Virus record (IMG/VR): IMGVR_UViG_3300011271_000004 | Coordinates: 1 to 64,000 of that record | Strand: one strand, 5' to 3' | Source: a virus | Length of the DNA stretch: 64,000 nt | In this document: positions 1 to 8,994 of the stretch, piece after piece | Layout: every line of letters starts with the position of its first letter | Numbering within the stretch: the first letter of the stretch is position 1 | The notes under the pieces: model-generated | The model's input: only the letters and a program-made list of their open reading frames with translations | What the model was told of the DNA's origin: nothing | The model's database searches: none | Program-made: the position numbers and the translations under genes

Positions 1-4
1 GCAA

Positions 5-949
5 GTGCAAGATGTCCCGGCTCTGGCAGCGGTGACTTTCGCTGGGGCGGCCACCCTGGCATCCGTCACCTCAATCACCGCCCCCGCCGTCCAACTGGCC
101 CCGGCCACCCTGCTTGACGCGGAGGTCGTTGTTGACTCGGCCACGCAACTATCCGCAGCGGTCACCCTAGCCGCAGCAGTCACGGTCAACGCACCACCAG
201 TCACCCAGCTTGCCCCGGCCACCCTGCTGGCCGGGTTCAGCGTCACCGACAGCGGAATCCTGCTCGCACCCGCCACCCTGGCCGCACTGTTCACCGTGTC
301 CGACTCCGCAGTGCAAGATGCCCCGGCCACCCTCGCCGCCACCGGTTCGGTCACCGCGCCCTTGTCCATCCTGAAAGCCCCCGCCACCTTGGCTGCCGGA
401 TTCACGGTCTCGGACACCGGGATCATCCTGGCCCCCGCCACACTGGCGGCGGCGTTCACGCTCACCGGCCTGGCGACACAACAAGCTGCCGCCACACTGG
501 CAGCCAGCACCACGGTTACCGACGCAGCGGTGCAGCAGGCCATAGCCACCTTGGCCGCGGCGTGGGCGGTGACCGCCAGCACCGGGGCGTCAGGCGCGGC
601 CACCCTGGCCGGCACCACCAGCATGGGCCTGGTGGTGGCCACCCAGGGCGCTGGGGCGGTGCTGGCCGCTGCTGCGGCGCTGCCTGCCCCCGTGGCCCGC
701 GAGGCCGCTGCCGCGCTGCTGGCTGCCTTGGCGGCGGTAGCTGCCGCTGAGGGCGCGCAGGCCCCGGCCGTGCTGGTGGCGGCGTGGGCGGTGCAGGCCG
801 CCGCGCTGGTCGCCGGCAGCATGGACCTGCTGGAAGGCATGGCCGCCGCCGCGCCGCATTCGCCATGGGCGGCTGGGCCGCCGCACGGCGCTGGTTATGC
901 TGCCGGTGCACCCCATAACCCGTGGGCCGCCCGGCCGCCGCACGGATAG
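5..949 (+). CDS. Ala/Thr-rich tandem-repeat protein, possibly truncated by the window edge
   Basis: The frame is open from the window edge. About 8 degenerate copies of a 22-25 aa unit (LAPATLAA.FTVSD...) are followed by C-terminal PH(S/N)PWAA..PPHG repeats. No family recognised. Confidence 0.5.
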   Translation: MQDVPALAAVTFAGAATLASVTSITAPAVQLAPATLLDAEVVVDSATQLSAAVTLAAAVTVNAPPVTQLAPATLLAGFSVTDSGILLAPATLAALFTVSDSAVQDAPATLAATGSVTAPLSILKAPATLAAGFTVSDTGIILAPATLAAAFTLTGLATQQAAATLAASTTVTDAAVQQAIATLAAAWAVTASTGASGAATLAGTTSMGLVVATQGAGAVLAAAAALPAPVAREAAAALLAALAAVAAAEGAQAPAVLVAAWAVQAAALVAGSMDLLEGMAAAAPHSPWAAGPPHGAGYAAGAPHNPWAARPPHG

Positions 950-964
950 TTACCGGAGGGTCAC

Positions 965-1270
965 GTGTACATAGTCACCACGGCCACCCCCTACATCTAC
1001 GTGCCCATCACCGCCCCGGTAGCCGACCCCACGACGCTGACCGCCGAACTGGCCCTGGTGCAGCAGGACATCACCGACTTGACGGCGGCCAACTGGGTGA
1101 CGGCCGCGTGGCGTGCACCGGCACCAGGCGCGGCGAAGGAGCTTGCCGTGCTGCGCGACACGGGCACGTGGCCTGATGGGGAGTACATGTGTTACGCGCG
1201 GCTGCACTCGCCGCCGGAACTGCTGGTGCTACCGGCAGGCCGGGTAAGGATCGGGGACACCCGTGGCTAA
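965..1270 (+). CDS. hypothetical protein
   Basis: GTG start shortly after the previous stop. GC-rich third codon positions. No motif recognised. Confidence 0.45.
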   Translation: MYIVTTATPYIYVPITAPVADPTTLTAELALVQQDITDLTAANWVTAAWRAPAPGAAKELAVLRDTGTWPDGEYMCYARLHSPPELLVLPAGRVRIGDTRG

Positions 1271-1922
1271 GGAGGAGGCATTGGACGGCACCCGGTTGAT
1301 GCACCAGGAGGCCCCGTACCCGCAGGTACTGGCCGGCCTGGTGGAAGAACTGCGCTACTGGCCCGGGTGGACTCTCACCCTGGAGGACATCGACCGGGGC
1401 CAAGGCAGCAAGGGCCTGACGTTGTGCATCCTGGTGGACACCCTGGACGCCTACGATCACACCAGCCGCCAGCAGACCATGCACTACTTCCCGGTGCCCC
1501 CAGCGGCCTACGACAGGCGCTCGTGGCGGCGGTGGCTGTTCAACCGGATAGGCGACGTGGACACCCACGAACGGATGGAAGCGTTCACCACCGGCACCAG
1601 CAAGCCTTATGCGCCCAGCCACGGGCCGGGCAACGACCCGTACATGGTGCGGGAGGTGGGCACCGTGGAGGACCAGCGCGAGTCGTACCGGGGCGGGGTC
1701 AACCCGCCCGCCATCGGCCCCGCGCTGGCCAGGGAACTGGAGGGCTACCGGGGCCGGTGGGTGGCGGTGCACAGCCAGCGGGTCATCTTCGCTGGCGACA
1801 ACGCCGCCACGGTGGCCGCCCATGCCGAGGACGCCGGGCACCCGCCGGGCTCATACCTGCTGCTCCGTGTGCCCAAGGCCCTGGCGGCGTTCCTGGGCAT
1901 CGGCCAGCAGCACGACGGGTAA
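1263..1922 (+). CDS. hypothetical protein upstream of terminase
   Basis: GTG start overlaps the previous gene, and the stop is 4 nt before the terL start. Coding-like codon bias. Confidence 0.55.
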   Translation: MAKEEALDGTRLMHQEAPYPQVLAGLVEELRYWPGWTLTLEDIDRGQGSKGLTLCILVDTLDAYDHTSRQQTMHYFPVPPAAYDRRSWRRWLFNRIGDVDTHERMEAFTTGTSKPYAPSHGPGNDPYMVREVGTVEDQRESYRGGVNPPAIGPALARELEGYRGRWVAVHSQRVIFAGDNAATVAAHAEDAGHPPGSYLLLRVPKALAAFLGIGQQHDG

Positions 1923-1926
1923 CCCG

Positions 1927-3552
1927 GTGGCCGCCCCGGCGACGGTGCCATGGCAGGAGTGGGCGGCCAGGCAGTGGGAAACCCAGCCCCGCCGGTACAC
2001 CACACCACGCGACCTGGCCCAGGCCCTCGATGTCACCGTGGGCACCACCGATGCGCTGGAAATGCTGAACGCCGCGCTGCTGGGGCTGATGGAGCAAGAC
2101 AGCGAGCACAACGCCTTGGCGGCGTTCTTGCCGCCGCAGGAAGGCAAGTCGCAACTGTGCTCGCGGCGGCTACCCGAATGGGCGCTGGATCATAACGCGG
2201 CGCTGCGTGTTGGCATCGTGTCGTATGAGATGGACCTGGCCACCAGGTGGGGCCGCGCCATCAAGGCCGACGTGGGCCAGTACACCTGCCCGAAGCTGAA
2301 AACCGGGGAGCTATGCGACGGCTCCTGCGGGCTGCTGCACATCGACATCCGCCGCGACTCCAGCGCGGCCAGCCGGTGGGAAACCCCCGCCGGGGGCGGG
2401 GTGTACTGCGTTGGCATCGGCGGCGCGCTCACCGGCCGGCCCATTGACCTGCTGATCGTAGATGACCCGGTTAAAGACCGGGCCGCCGCCGAGTCGGAGA
2501 AGCTGCGGAACACTGCGTGGGATTGGTGGGAGTCCGTGGCGTTGACCCGCCTTGCGCCTGGTGCGCGGGTGGTGCTGGTGCAAACCCGGTGGCATGAGGA
2601 CGACCTGGCCGGGCGCATCTTCTCCCGTCCTGGGCCGTTGAAGTGGCGGAAGCTGGTAATCCCCGCCATCGCCGTGAAGGATGACCCGCTGGGCCGCGCC
2701 CCGGGGCAGGAGCTTGTCAGCGTGCGCGGGCGGGAGCCGGGGTACTTCCACAACCTGCAAGCTGGCATGTCCAACTACGTGTTCGCCGGGGTGTTCCAGC
2801 AGAACCCCACCGCCGCTGAGGGCAACTTCTTCAGGCGGGCCACCTTCCGCTACTGGCGGCACACCAAGCCCTGGCCTGACGGGCGGGTGCGCATCGAGTG
2901 CGAGGGCCGGCTGGTCACCATGGCCGACACGTGGCGTTTCGCCACCGTGGACGTGGCCGCCTCCACCCGCACCGGGGCTGACTTCACCGTGGTGTCGGTG
3001 TGGGCCATCACCGTGGAAGGTGATCTGGTGCTGCTGGAGCGGGTGCGCAACCGGGTGCCCGAGCATGATCATTTCAGCCTGGTGCCGCCGCTGCGCACCA
3101 AGTGGGCCTTTGACACCTTGTACATCGAGAAGTCGTGGTGGTCCACCACCCTGGTGACCGACGCCCGCGCGGCGCAGGTGCCGGTGGCCCCGCTGATCGC
3201 GGACACCGACAAGGTGACCCGGGCCATCCCAGCGGCGGGCAGGTTGCACGCGGGCAAGGTGTGGTTCCCCGCCGAGACCAGCGGGTGCCCGTGCGGCAAC
3301 TGCCCCGGCGGGGTGTGGCTGGATGAGTGGTGCGATGAGTTGGCCGCGTTCCCCCAGGGCACCCACGACGACCAGGTGGACACCTTCAGCTATGCCGCCC
3401 GGGTGCAAGCCCACGAGTGGGTGCCCGCGCAGCAGCGCACCACCGAGCGCACCAAGCCCAGCGCGGCGGAGCAGGCGATTGCGGCGGCGCACCGCGCCGC
3501 CACGGGCAACGGCAGCCATGATGTGGACCTGATGTCGATACCGCTGGGCTAG
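1927..3552 (+). CDS. terL: terminase large subunit
   Basis: Walker A-like PPQEGKS, Walker B LLIVDDP and TRWHEDD motifs. Start placed at the in-frame GTG at 1927 just after the upstream stop; the ORF-track start at 1609 overlaps the previous gene. Confidence 0.9.
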   Translation: MAAPATVPWQEWAARQWETQPRRYTTPRDLAQALDVTVGTTDALEMLNAALLGLMEQDSEHNALAAFLPPQEGKSQLCSRRLPEWALDHNAALRVGIVSYEMDLATRWGRAIKADVGQYTCPKLKTGELCDGSCGLLHIDIRRDSSAASRWETPAGGGVYCVGIGGALTGRPIDLLIVDDPVKDRAAAESEKLRNTAWDWWESVALTRLAPGARVVLVQTRWHEDDLAGRIFSRPGPLKWRKLVIPAIAVKDDPLGRAPGQELVSVRGREPGYFHNLQAGMSNYVFAGVFQQNPTAAEGNFFRRATFRYWRHTKPWPDGRVRIECEGRLVTMADTWRFATVDVAASTRTGADFTVVSVWAITVEGDLVLLERVRNRVPEHDHFSLVPPLRTKWAFDTLYIEKSWWSTTLVTDARAAQVPVAPLIADTDKVTRAIPAAGRLHAGKVWFPAETSGCPCGNCPGGVWLDEWCDELAAFPQGTHDDQVDTFSYAARVQAHEWVPAQQRTTERTKPSAAEQAIAAAHRAATGNGSHDVDLMSIPLG

Positions 3553-3902
3553 CCTGCGGCCACGGGCCGTGGTTAGCTGGCAGCTAGAGCCCGGGGCCGG
3601 GGCTGCTACACGGTGGGCAACGACCGGCTGGCGGTCGCCGTCCTTGGCGGCACCTGGCCCCGGGCCGGTGGTTTACCACCACCGGCTAGGCTTTCCCCCT
3701 GGCAAGGGCCGCCGCTCCGGGCCTTGCCGCCCCCGGTAGCAGCCCCGCTGGCCAACCCCCCCGGTCGGCGGGGCTGTTGCACGCCGTGGCGTTGCCAGCA
3801 GCCCGCGCCAGGCGTGTAAGCTGCCGCCCATAAGGCCACCATGGCCCGCCTTGCCGGCGGGGGCCGCGACGTTCCGGCAAGCGAGGGGAACCCGGCCCGG
3901 TC

Positions 3903-6215
3903 ATGGTGGCAGCGCTCCAGCAGGCTGATGCGTTCGCTGCTGCGTCCAACACCAGCACGTTGCCGGGCAACCCGCCCACCCGGGACATCGGCAACACCGA
4001 CCTGTACTGGGGCACCTTCGGCCAGGGGCTGCTGACTGACTGGTGGGAAACCACCGCCGACCTGATCTGGCCTAACTCGGTAATCACGTACGGCCGGATG
4101 CGGCATGACACCCAGCTACGCGCGGTGCTGTACGCCTACCTGCTGCCCATCCTCAAGGCGCAGTGGTGGGTGGACCCGGAGGGGTGCCGCGATGAGGTGA
4201 CCCAGCATGTGGCCGATGACCTGGGGCTGCCCATCCTCGGGTACGACGCGCACCCCGGCCCCGCGCGGCGGCGCGGCGTCATCTGGAAACGGCACCTGCG
4301 CGACGCGGCCTACCACCACCTGGTGTACGGCCACATGCCTTTCGAGTTGCGGTACCGCATCGAGGAGGCCAAGCCCGGCGGGGTGCACCTGGACCACCTG
4401 GGCGGGCGGATGCCGTGGACACTGGCGCAAATCATGCTCCGCCCCGACAGCACCATCGACCACGTGGTGCAAACCACCCAGCGGGAGCCGATCCCGGCTA
4501 ACCGGCTGGTGTGGTACGTCCACCAGCATGAGGGCGCGAACTGGGCGGGCATATCCATGCTGCGCCCCGCGTTCGGCGCGTGGCTGCTGAAGCACGAAAC
4601 CCAGCGGGTGCACGCCACATCCATCCGCCGTTTCGGCATGGGCGTGCCCACGGTGGAGGCCCCCCCGGGTGCCACCGCGCAGCAGGTGGGCGAGGCCAAT
4701 GCCCTGGCCTCGGGGATGCGGGTGGGTGACCAGTCGGGGGTGGGCCTGCCGCAGGGGTACGTCTTCAAGCTGGCCGGCCTTTCCGGCAGCGTGCCCGACG
4801 CCCTGGCGTTCCTGAAGTTCCTCGATCAGGCCATGGCCAAAATGGCGCTGGCCGGGCTGATCGAGTTGGGCCAAACCGAGCACGGCAGCCGCGCGCTGGG
4901 CCAGACGTTCCTTGATTTGTTCCTGCTGAGTTTGCAGGCGGTGGCCGATGAGTTGGGGGAGACGGCCACCAGCGGCCAGGACGGCATGCCCGGCATCGTC
5001 ACCGACTTGGTGGATCAGAACTGGGGCGAGGATGAGCCCGCGCCGCGCCTGGTGTGCGCGGATCTTGGCAGCAACTACGAGGTGACCGCTGAGGCGCTGT
5101 ACCGGCTGACGCAAGCGGGGGCGCTGGTGCCTGACCCGGCGCTGGACCGGTGGATCAGGGACACCTGGCGGCTGCCTGAGCGGGAGACGCCGTGGGAGCC
5201 GATGAGCAAGGGCATCCCGGCCCCGGGGGAGCCGGCGGGGCCGGTACCAGGCACCGGGGGCGGGCTGCCAGCCCCGGCTAACCCGGTGGTGCCTGAGCCG
5301 CCGAAGGGCACTCCAAGCACCCCGGGGCCGGCCGGCCCGCCGGCCCCGGGTACCAAGGCACGCCGTGGGCAGCGCGGCGGGCGCACCGGGCGGCGCGGTG
5401 GTGCGCTGGCCGCTGCGCCGCCCGGTCACCGGCAGATGACCCCCACCGAGGTGGCCGCCGGGTGGCAGCCCGAGCAGCACCAGCAGGAGTGGGCCGACGC
5501 CCGCGATGCGCTGGTGGTGGCATACCGGCCGGTGCTGGCCGCGCAGCGCGGGCAACTGGTGGATGCGGTGGTGGCGGCGGTGGCCAGCGGGCAGACCGGC
5601 AAGCTGGGCGGGCTGAGCGTGCCGACCAGCGACGGGCAATCGCTGATCTACGCCAGCATGAAGCAGGCCGCTGACCTGGGCGCGCTGCGCGCTGCGACGG
5701 AGGCCGCGCACCAGGGCGTCGTCATCCCCATGGACAAGATCACCATTGCGGTGTCCCGGTTGCAGAAGGTGGCCAGCGCGCGTGCCCAGTTGATCGCCGC
5801 CCGCATGGCCCAAGCCGCTGGGGTGCGCGTCCTCCAGCAAGTCCGCGCCGCGCAGCCCCCGGCGCAGGCCCCCGAGCCGAAGTCGCTGGAGCAGCAGGCG
5901 GTGGACGCGGGGGATGACCTGGCCACCTGGCTGGCGCTGCTGAGCGAGCGGCCGGTGACCGACCAGCTTGGCGCGGCGATGACGGCCGCGCAGAATATGG
6001 GGCGGCTGGCCGCGTTCACCGCCGCCCCCGGCGGGCCGGTGTACTTCGCCAGCGAGTTGCTGGATGACAACACGTGCATCCCGTGCCAGGACGAGGACAG
6101 CGCGGAGTTCGGCAGCTTGGCTGATGCGGAGGCCGCCTACCCCAACGGCGGCTACCTGTATTGCGAGGGCGGCATGCGCTGCCGGGGCACCGTCTACGCC
6201 TACTGGGGCGGGTGA
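3903..6215 (+). CDS. portal protein fused to a MuF-like (SPP1 gp7-type) head morphogenesis domain
   Basis: The N-terminal part resembles a Mu gp29/DUF935-type portal (ITYGRMRHDTQLRAVLYAYLLPILKAQWWVDP). A Pro/Gly/Arg-rich linker follows. The C-terminal end (NTCIPCQD...YPNGGYLYCEGGMRCRGTVYAYW) is typical of MuF-like proteins. Confidence 0.8.
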   Translation: MVAALQQADAFAAASNTSTLPGNPPTRDIGNTDLYWGTFGQGLLTDWWETTADLIWPNSVITYGRMRHDTQLRAVLYAYLLPILKAQWWVDPEGCRDEVTQHVADDLGLPILGYDAHPGPARRRGVIWKRHLRDAAYHHLVYGHMPFELRYRIEEAKPGGVHLDHLGGRMPWTLAQIMLRPDSTIDHVVQTTQREPIPANRLVWYVHQHEGANWAGISMLRPAFGAWLLKHETQRVHATSIRRFGMGVPTVEAPPGATAQQVGEANALASGMRVGDQSGVGLPQGYVFKLAGLSGSVPDALAFLKFLDQAMAKMALAGLIELGQTEHGSRALGQTFLDLFLLSLQAVADELGETATSGQDGMPGIVTDLVDQNWGEDEPAPRLVCADLGSNYEVTAEALYRLTQAGALVPDPALDRWIRDTWRLPERETPWEPMSKGIPAPGEPAGPVPGTGGGLPAPANPVVPEPPKGTPSTPGPAGPPAPGTKARRGQRGGRTGRRGGALAAAPPGHRQMTPTEVAAGWQPEQHQQEWADARDALVVAYRPVLAAQRGQLVDAVVAAVASGQTGKLGGLSVPTSDGQSLIYASMKQAADLGALRAATEAAHQGVVIPMDKITIAVSRLQKVASARAQLIAARMAQAAGVRVLQQVRAAQPPAQAPEPKSLEQQAVDAGDDLATWLALLSERPVTDQLGAAMTAAQNMGRLAAFTAAPGGPVYFASELLDDNTCIPCQDEDSAEFGSLADAEAAYPNGGYLYCEGGMRCRGTVYAYWGG

Positions 6216-6218
6216 GCC

Positions 6219-8081
6219 GTGCCCGAGGCCGAGCTTGTGACGATGCCGGCGCTGGTGACGATCCCCGGCGTGGACCTGGTGGCCACCGGCACCTGGGCGC
6301 TGTCCACCGGGGAAGCAACGTTCACCACCGACGACCTGGCCAATGCGGTGGACGCCGCCCAGTGCCCGGCGGTGGGCGACCCGGTGATCAAGCTCGGGCA
6401 CGTGGACCGCCGTTTCGACGGCGAGCCCGCCATCGGGCGGGTGCGCAACCTGGCCCTGGCCGCCGAGGGCAACAAGGTGACCGGTGACCTGGCCGGGATG
6501 CCCGGGTGGCTGGCTGTCATCGCGGAATCGGCGTACCCCCAGCGGTCGATAGAAGGCGCGTGGGGCTTCACCTGCCAGATAGGCCACACCCACCCCTTCG
6601 TCATCACCGCCCTGGCGCTCCTGGGTGTCTCACCGCCCGGTGTGGGGGTGCTCGGCGGGCTGGACTACGTGGCCGCCTTGTACGGGGTGGCCGCTGCCGC
6701 TGGCGTGGCGGAGGCCACCTGGCAGACCCGAGCAGGAGGAGCTATGCCCGCACCAGCGCAGGCCGCAGCGGCCATCACCGTGGATGACGTGCGCAAGGCG
6801 TATTACAGTGCCGCGCCCATGTCGTACTGGATCACCGAGATCCAGATGGACCCGCCGCAACTGATCGTCTGCGACGACAACGAGGGCAAGGTGTACCGGG
6901 TGCCCTTCAAGATCACCAACGGCAGCGTGGTGTTCAGCGACGCGGTGTCGGTCGAGGTGGTCTATGAGGACATCGCTGCCATGGCCGCGCTGCGGGCGGG
7001 CACCCTGGTGGCGTTCGCCAGCGCCGAGCAGTCCCGCGCCGGGCTGGACCTGGTGGTGGCCTCCTGGTCCGCCTCAACCCAGATCAAGAACCTGGGCACC
7101 ACCCCCACCCAGGCGGCGCTTAACGCCATGTTCGCGCTGCCGGGTGACACCAAGTCGGCCAGCAAGCTGCCCCACCATGATGTGTCGGCCAGCGACCACA
7201 GCGTGGGCGCGGCGAACCCGGATGGGTGCCTGGCCGGCATCCAAGCCATCAACGGGGCGCACGGCGGGCTGAAGGACGTGGCTGCCGCCGATGCCAAGAA
7301 GGCGTACAACCACATGGCCGCGCACATGCGCAGCGCCGGGCAGGAGCCCCCGGAGTACGGCGGCCCCGCCGCCAGCGCGGCGGCCGAGCCGGGGGGGCAG
7401 GAGGAGCCGGGCGGCGGCCCAGGCCCGGTGCATCCGCCTATGAACACCACCCACGCCCACCCGCATTCCGCTTACGGCGCGCAAGGCGGCGACACCACCC
7501 ACGACCACTCGCACACCCATGCGGGTGATGCGAACCACGACCACGCCCACGCAAGTGCGGGGCCAAAGATGAAGGGAGCCGCTGACGTGGAACTCAGCGA
7601 CGAGCAGAAGGCCCAGATCCGCGCAGCGCTGGGCCTGGCTGACGACGAGGAAGTGACCGCCGAGCACGTGATGGCCATGGCGGCCAAGGTGGCCGAGGCG
7701 GCTGCCGCCGAGCCGGTGGCGGCCAGCGCGCTGCCCCCGGGCGTGGTGGCGGTGGACCGCGACGTGTGGGAGGACACCCAGGCGCGGATCGCCCGGGGCG
7801 AGGAAGCCCGCAGGGAGCAGTTGGTGACCCACCGGGAAACGGCCATCACCGCAGCGGTGCAGGCGGGCAAATTCTCAGCCGCCCGCGCCGACCACTGGCG
7901 GCGGGTGTACGACGCCGACCCGGAGGGCACCCGCCTGGTGCTCGCCGGCCTCACCCCAGGCGTGGTGCCCACCCAGGACATCGGGCACACGGGCGGCCCC
8001 ACGGCGCAAGCCGACGCGGAGGATTACGCGCGGCTGTTCCCGCCTGAGTACACCCGCACTGCGCTGTTCCACCGGGACTGA
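6219..8081 (+). CDS. capsid maturation protease / scaffold-like fusion with a His-rich insert
   Basis: The N-terminus resembles Mu gpI-type prohead proteases (position after the portal; DPVIKLGHVD..GRV). A His-rich segment is followed by a helical, acidic scaffold-like C-terminus. Confidence 0.65.
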   Translation: MPEAELVTMPALVTIPGVDLVATGTWALSTGEATFTTDDLANAVDAAQCPAVGDPVIKLGHVDRRFDGEPAIGRVRNLALAAEGNKVTGDLAGMPGWLAVIAESAYPQRSIEGAWGFTCQIGHTHPFVITALALLGVSPPGVGVLGGLDYVAALYGVAAAAGVAEATWQTRAGGAMPAPAQAAAAITVDDVRKAYYSAAPMSYWITEIQMDPPQLIVCDDNEGKVYRVPFKITNGSVVFSDAVSVEVVYEDIAAMAALRAGTLVAFASAEQSRAGLDLVVASWSASTQIKNLGTTPTQAALNAMFALPGDTKSASKLPHHDVSASDHSVGAANPDGCLAGIQAINGAHGGLKDVAAADAKKAYNHMAAHMRSAGQEPPEYGGPAASAAAEPGGQEEPGGGPGPVHPPMNTTHAHPHSAYGAQGGDTTHDHSHTHAGDANHDHAHASAGPKMKGAADVELSDEQKAQIRAALGLADDEEVTAEHVMAMAAKVAEAAAAEPVAASALPPGVVAVDRDVWEDTQARIARGEEARREQLVTHRETAITAAVQAGKFSAARADHWRRVYDADPEGTRLVLAGLTPGVVPTQDIGHTGGPTAQADAEDYARLFPPEYTRTALFHRD

Positions 8082-8087
8082 CCTGCG

Positions 8088-8495
8088 GTGGCTGATTACA
8101 CGCCAGTCACCATTGAGGGCGAGGTTGCCACCAGCACCGCCACCGCCACCATCAAGGGCGGCGATGTGCTGGAGGTGTCCGGCTCGGGCACCGTGGCACC
8201 CATCACCCCCGGGGCCACCCCCAGCGTCAAGGTGGTGGGCATGGCCGTGTCCGACACCAACAACGGCGGCCGGGTCAGCTTCTACTGCTTCGGCCCCATC
8301 CACGAGTCCATCGCGGATGGCACCGTGACCGCCGGGGACCAGGTGGTCACGGCCACCACCGCCGCCCGGCAAGTCCGCACCCTGGCAGCGGTCACCACCC
8401 CCACGGCGGCGGATGTGGTGGGCACCCGGGCCATCCTCGGCGTGGCCCTGACCACGGCGGCAGACAACACCAAGGTCCGGTGGATGACCAGGTAG
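8088..8495 (+). CDS. DUF2190-like head decoration/cement candidate
   Basis: 135 aa with the pattern IKGGDVLEV..VVGMAV..GRVSF..GTVTAGDQV..ILGVAL. It sits immediately upstream of the capsid gene, as in Mu-like heads. Confidence 0.6.
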   Translation: MADYTPVTIEGEVATSTATATIKGGDVLEVSGSGTVAPITPGATPSVKVVGMAVSDTNNGGRVSFYCFGPIHESIADGTVTAGDQVVTATTAARQVRTLAAVTTPTAADVVGTRAILGVALTTAADNTKVRWMTR

Positions 8496-8536
8496 CCGCC
8501 TGGTGATCATCTGCACGGCCCAAGAAAGGAGCCCCC

Positions 8537-8932
8537 GTGAGCGACTACACCCCGGTGAACGCTGACAAGGCGTACACCCTGACCGCCACCGCCGCCATCA
8601 CCGGCGGGCAGCTTGTGTCCGCCAGCGGCGCTGGCACCGCCGCCCCGTCCACCACTGGTGACCACTCCATCGGGGTGGCCATGCACGACGCGCCCAGCGG
8701 CGGCCGGTTCAGCATCTGGCCCCTGTCGGGCTACATCCACGAACTGGCTGTCCAGAACACGCTGGTAGTCGCGGCAGGTGGCCCGGTCGTCGCCGGCACC
8801 GCCGGGACGATTGGCCCCGGCAGCACCCTGGCCGCAGCGGCAGCCGCCGGCACCCTGCTCGGCATCGCCATCACCGGGGGCACCGGCAACGCCGGCCTCA
8901 CGGTCAAGGCCCGGTTCCTCGGCATCGCCTAA
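8537..8932 (+). CDS. DUF2190-like paralog
   Basis: 131 aa that begins MSDYTPV like the preceding gene (MADYTPV) and has the same overall motif layout. SD GAAAGGAG upstream. Confidence 0.6.
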   Translation: MSDYTPVNADKAYTLTATAAITGGQLVSASGAGTAAPSTTGDHSIGVAMHDAPSGGRFSIWPLSGYIHELAVQNTLVVAAGGPVVAGTAGTIGPGSTLAAAAAAGTLLGIAITGGTGNAGLTVKARFLGIA

Positions 8933-8994
8933 GAGGCGCAGCCCTAAACCCAAGGGGGCCAAGGTGGCCCGCCGCACGGAAGGAATGAACACCA

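Noticed and set aside
3613-3819. 68-aa ORF in the terL-portal gap
   Set aside because: The peptide is Pro/Gly/Arg-rich with no SD. The region is better explained as structured non-coding DNA, though a small gene cannot be excluded without homologs.
4116-6593. 825-aa minus-strand ORF opposite the portal gene
   Set aside because: Its composition is Arg/Pro/Gly/His-rich and unlike a real protein. It shares third-codon positions with the clearly recognisable portal-MuF gene. This is the typical shadow ORF of a high-GC genome.
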